Shown: piece after piece, positions 62,143 to 64,000 of the stretch
Numbering within the stretch: position 1 is the first letter of the stretch
Layout: each line of letters starts with the position of its first letter
Assembly (NCBI GenBank): GCA_044240195.1
Contig: JBIHZX010000001.1
Coordinates: forward strand, 71,576 to 135,575
DNA from: Candidatus Nanopelagicales bacterium
GTDB taxonomy: Bacteria; Actinomycetota; Actinomycetes; S36-B12
Direction: 5' to 3'
Length of the DNA stretch: 64,000 nucleotides
Position numbers and translations under genes: made by a program
Notes under the pieces: generated by a model
Seen by the model: only the letters and a program-made list of their open reading frames with translations
What the model was told of the DNA's origin: nothing
Database searches by the model: none

Positions 62143-62760
62143 TCAAATGGGCGATTTGTCGGTATTTCCGACGATTTTCACGGCCGCTTCAGCAATCGTT
62201 AACCGGTTATCCATTGCAGCCTTGCGCAGGAACCTGAAAGCCTCGTCCTCGCTCATCCCCGACTGCTGAAGTACGATTTTGGCCCGATCAACAACCACGG
62301 TTGAATGATTTCGCGTCCGTAAACGCTCCAATTCAGCGTTAAGATCAATAAATTGTTGCCAACGTGCATGGGCGAGAACGATAGCGGCCCGAACTTCAAC
62401 ACCGGTGAATGGCTTCACCAGGTATCCAAAGGTCCCGGCTGCCGCGGCGCTCGCGACCAGGTCGAGCTGTGAAAATGCACTCAAGAGCACGACCGGGGCC
62501 ACTTCGTGGGCGATCAATTCCCTCGCAGCACTTATCCCATCTCGCACCGGCATCGAGATATCCATAAGGACAACGTCTGGCCTCAATTCTCGCGCAGCGT
62601 CAACGGCCAACTGCCCATTGCTCACGGAGCCAACCACGTCCATGCCAAGTTCAATGAGGGTCTCGACCAAATCAAGCCTGATCAGGGTTTCATCCTCAGC
62701 AATCAACACGCGCATGGCCGGCAACGAGTCGGTGGCCTGTTGCTCCGGCTGACTGCGCAT
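62143..62760 (-). CDS. pdtaR: ANTAR-domain response regulator (PdtaR-like)
   Basis: 205 aa. Receiver domain (RVLIAEDE...DVVLMDISMP) plus a C-terminal ANTAR helix bundle (VVDRAKIVLQQSGMSEDEAFRFLRKAAMDNRLTI). Confidence 0.9.
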   Translation of the reverse strand: MRSQPEQQATDSLPAMRVLIAEDETLIRLDLVETLIELGMDVVGSVSNGQLAVDAARELRPDVVLMDISMPVRDGISAARELIAHEVAPVVLLSAFSQLDLVASAAAAGTFGYLVKPFTGVEVRAAIVLAHARWQQFIDLNAELERLRTRNHSTVVVDRAKIVLQQSGMSEDEAFRFLRKAAMDNRLTIAEAAVKIVGNTDKSPI

Positions 62761-62766
62761 AGGGCA

Positions 62767-62772
62767 AGGGTA
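62767..62772 (-). promoter_or_regulatory. -10 element (TACCCT) of a leaderless pdtaR promoter
   Basis: Minus strand TACCCT, then 6 nt (tgccct), then ATG 62760. Confidence 0.4.
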
Positions 62773-62791
62773 AGACGTCTCGGTTCATCGG

Positions 62792-62797
62792 TAGGGT
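62792..62797 (+). promoter_or_regulatory. Possible -10 (TAGGGT) for the tRNA gene
   Basis: TAGGGT lies 11 nt upstream of the mature tRNA 5' end, which would give a short RNase P-processed leader. Confidence 0.3.
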
Positions 62798-62808
62798 TAT
62801 GCCCCCTA

Positions 62809-62882
62809 GCCCCGGTATCCCAACCGGTAGAGGAAGCGGTCTCAAACACCGTCCAGTGTGGGTTCGAATCCCACCCGGGGCA
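62809..62882 (+). tRNA. tRNA, anticodon CAA (Leu codon UUG) by hand fold, but class I (5-nt variable loop)
   Basis: Acceptor GCCCCGG/CCGGGGC; U8, A14, G18G19. Anticodon stem GCGGT/ACCGT and loop CTCAAAC. Variable loop CCAGT. T arm GTGGG-TTCGAAT-CCCAC. Discriminator A. 74 nt, with no encoded CCA. Confidence 0.8.
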
Positions 62883-62888
62883 CATAAT
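62883..62888 (+). promoter_or_regulatory. -10-like CATAAT for a leaderless lipoprotein gene, starting 1 nt after the tRNA 3' end
   Basis: CATAAT, then 6 nt (gccggt), then ATG 62895. Confidence 0.35.
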
Positions 62889-62894
62889 GCCGGT

Positions 62895-63392
62895 ATGAAT
62901 TTTCGCTCCAAGATCGCAGTGGCGCTGTGTGGTGTTGTGCTCATTACGGGACTCGTCGGTTGCTCGAGTGCAGCTGACGTGGCTCAAACGAGCGATCTGG
63001 GAAATCAGTTTGAACAATCCAATTCAACAGATGAGTTCCTCGATGACGGCTCTGGTAACGAGCTTGAGGTCGGGAGTGACCTTGCCCTCCCGAGCAATTG
63101 GCCCAAAGCAATACCGACACCTGTCGGCTCCTTGATAGCCATCTCAGTCATTGATGAACGCACAGCGGTTGCCACGTGGACTGTGCAAGGTGATGTATTC
63201 CTGGCCCAAAAAGAATTTCTGACCGAATTTGATACAACCTTCGTCGTAGAGCTCCTTGTGGACTTAACAACGGATTCGATCGTTGTCTACGGCGCAATAG
63301 GTAATGGCTTTGACGTTACGATCAGCGCGACTCTAGGCCAGCAAGCAGATGACCCGGGGGAGATAACGCTCCTGGTCAATCCCAGCTCTTAG
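62895..63392 (+). CDS. Secreted lipoprotein of unknown function
   Basis: About 165 aa from ATG 62895. Signal peptide plus lipobox LVGC. The ORF-track start 62799 would read through the tRNA. Confidence 0.7.
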   Translation: MNFRSKIAVALCGVVLITGLVGCSSAADVAQTSDLGNQFEQSNSTDEFLDDGSGNELEVGSDLALPSNWPKAIPTPVGSLIAISVIDERTAVATWTVQGDVFLAQKEFLTEFDTTFVVELLVDLTTDSIVVYGAIGNGFDVTISATLGQQADDPGEITLLVNPSS

Positions 63393-63817
63393 CCGGTTTG
63401 GGCCGATGAATCTAATGAACGGGATACTGAACCGAGAACACCATGAACGAATGAACCGGAATCATCCGTAGACAAGCTTTGAGCCAATTCAACCGCCTGG
63501 CTCACAACTACGGCGTGTGGTGTGTCGGGCATGAATAGCAACTCAGCCACCGAAACGCGCAAGATGGCTCGGTCAACATCTGGCATACGTTCCAAGCTCC
63601 AACCTTGGGAGTTCGAAGATATTTCACTGTCAATTTGAGATTGATTCGATGCAATAAAATTCACAAGTTCAACAGCGTACGTATTGAGTTCAGGGTCCCC
63701 TTCACTCTCTCTCCGACGAACATGTTCACCCAACACCATCAGAATGGGAACTTCTTTTGACTCTGCTTCGAAAATAATGTCCAAAGCTCGCTTGCGGGCT
63801 TTTCCGCGAGCCGACAT
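63389..63817 (-). CDS. nusB: Transcription antitermination factor NusB
   Basis: 142 aa. RKRALDIIFEAE N-terminus and the NusB helical fold. Its ATG shares a base with the efp stop. Confidence 0.9.
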   Translation of the reverse strand: MSARGKARKRALDIIFEAESKEVPILMVLGEHVRRRESEGDPELNTYAVELVNFIASNQSQIDSEISSNSQGWSLERMPDVDRAILRVSVAELLFMPDTPHAVVVSQAVELAQSLSTDDSGSFVHGVLGSVSRSLDSSAQTG

Positions 63818-64000
63818 CAGTCGTTCACGCGGCCAAGATATGAACCATCGCGTGTATCTACTTTGACTTTGGTATTGGATTCGATAAAGAGCGGCACTTG
63901 GATTTCAGCACCCGTCTCTAATGTCGCTGGTTTGGTACCGCCACTTGAACGGTCACCTTGAAGCCCCGGCTCGGTGTACGTGAGCATGATTTCTACAGAA
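63817..64000 (-). CDS. efp: Elongation factor P, 3' portion (gene continues beyond the window)
   Basis: The minus-strand reading ends ...[16 protein letters not shown]-stop, the typical EF-P C-terminus. Positioned upstream of nusB. Confidence 0.85.
   Translation of the reverse strand, partial: SVEIMLTYTEPGLQGDRSSGGTKPATLETGAEIQVPLFIESNTKVKVDTRDGSYLGRVND

Overview
This is a densely packed, about 50% GC, core-genome segment of an actinobacterium. The style suggests a small-genome Micrococcales/Microbacteriaceae-like organism, but that is inference only. Gene order matches three conserved actinobacterial neighbourhoods known from Mycobacterium tuberculosis. (1) gcvP, MerR, DUF151 nuclease, MerR, FHA, gcvH, pgsA (Rv1821-1832-like). 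(2) echA, ABC-F, the suf operon sufR-B-D-C-S-U-T, an ABC-2 transporter, ctaA/ctaB, tkt-tal-zwf-opcA-pgl, secG-tpiA-pgk-gap-whiA-rapZ-uvrC-uvrA (Rv1420-1473-like). (3) uvrB-coaE-rpsA-polA and pdtaR (Rv1626-1633-like). A Liv-type ABC importer and nusB/efp complete the window. I recognise about 62 intact CDS, one tRNA, a tandem glycine riboswitch before gcvP and a few intrinsic terminators. A recurring TAnnnT-N6-start-codon (leaderless promoter) pattern is also present. I found no CRISPR array, rRNA, transposase/integrase or obvious defence island, so this looks like an ordinary housekeeping region rather than an accessory island. Five items deserve a second look. The tRNA has a Leu anticodon (CAA) but a short variable loop. 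The yvcK gene expected between rapZ and whiA is replaced by a 70-codon bridging ORF. LivH carries an N-terminal secreted Ig-like domain. There are two RbpA paralogs. A CAAC-N6-GTTG palindrome sits at the sufR start. All calls are by eye from motifs and synteny; no searches were run.
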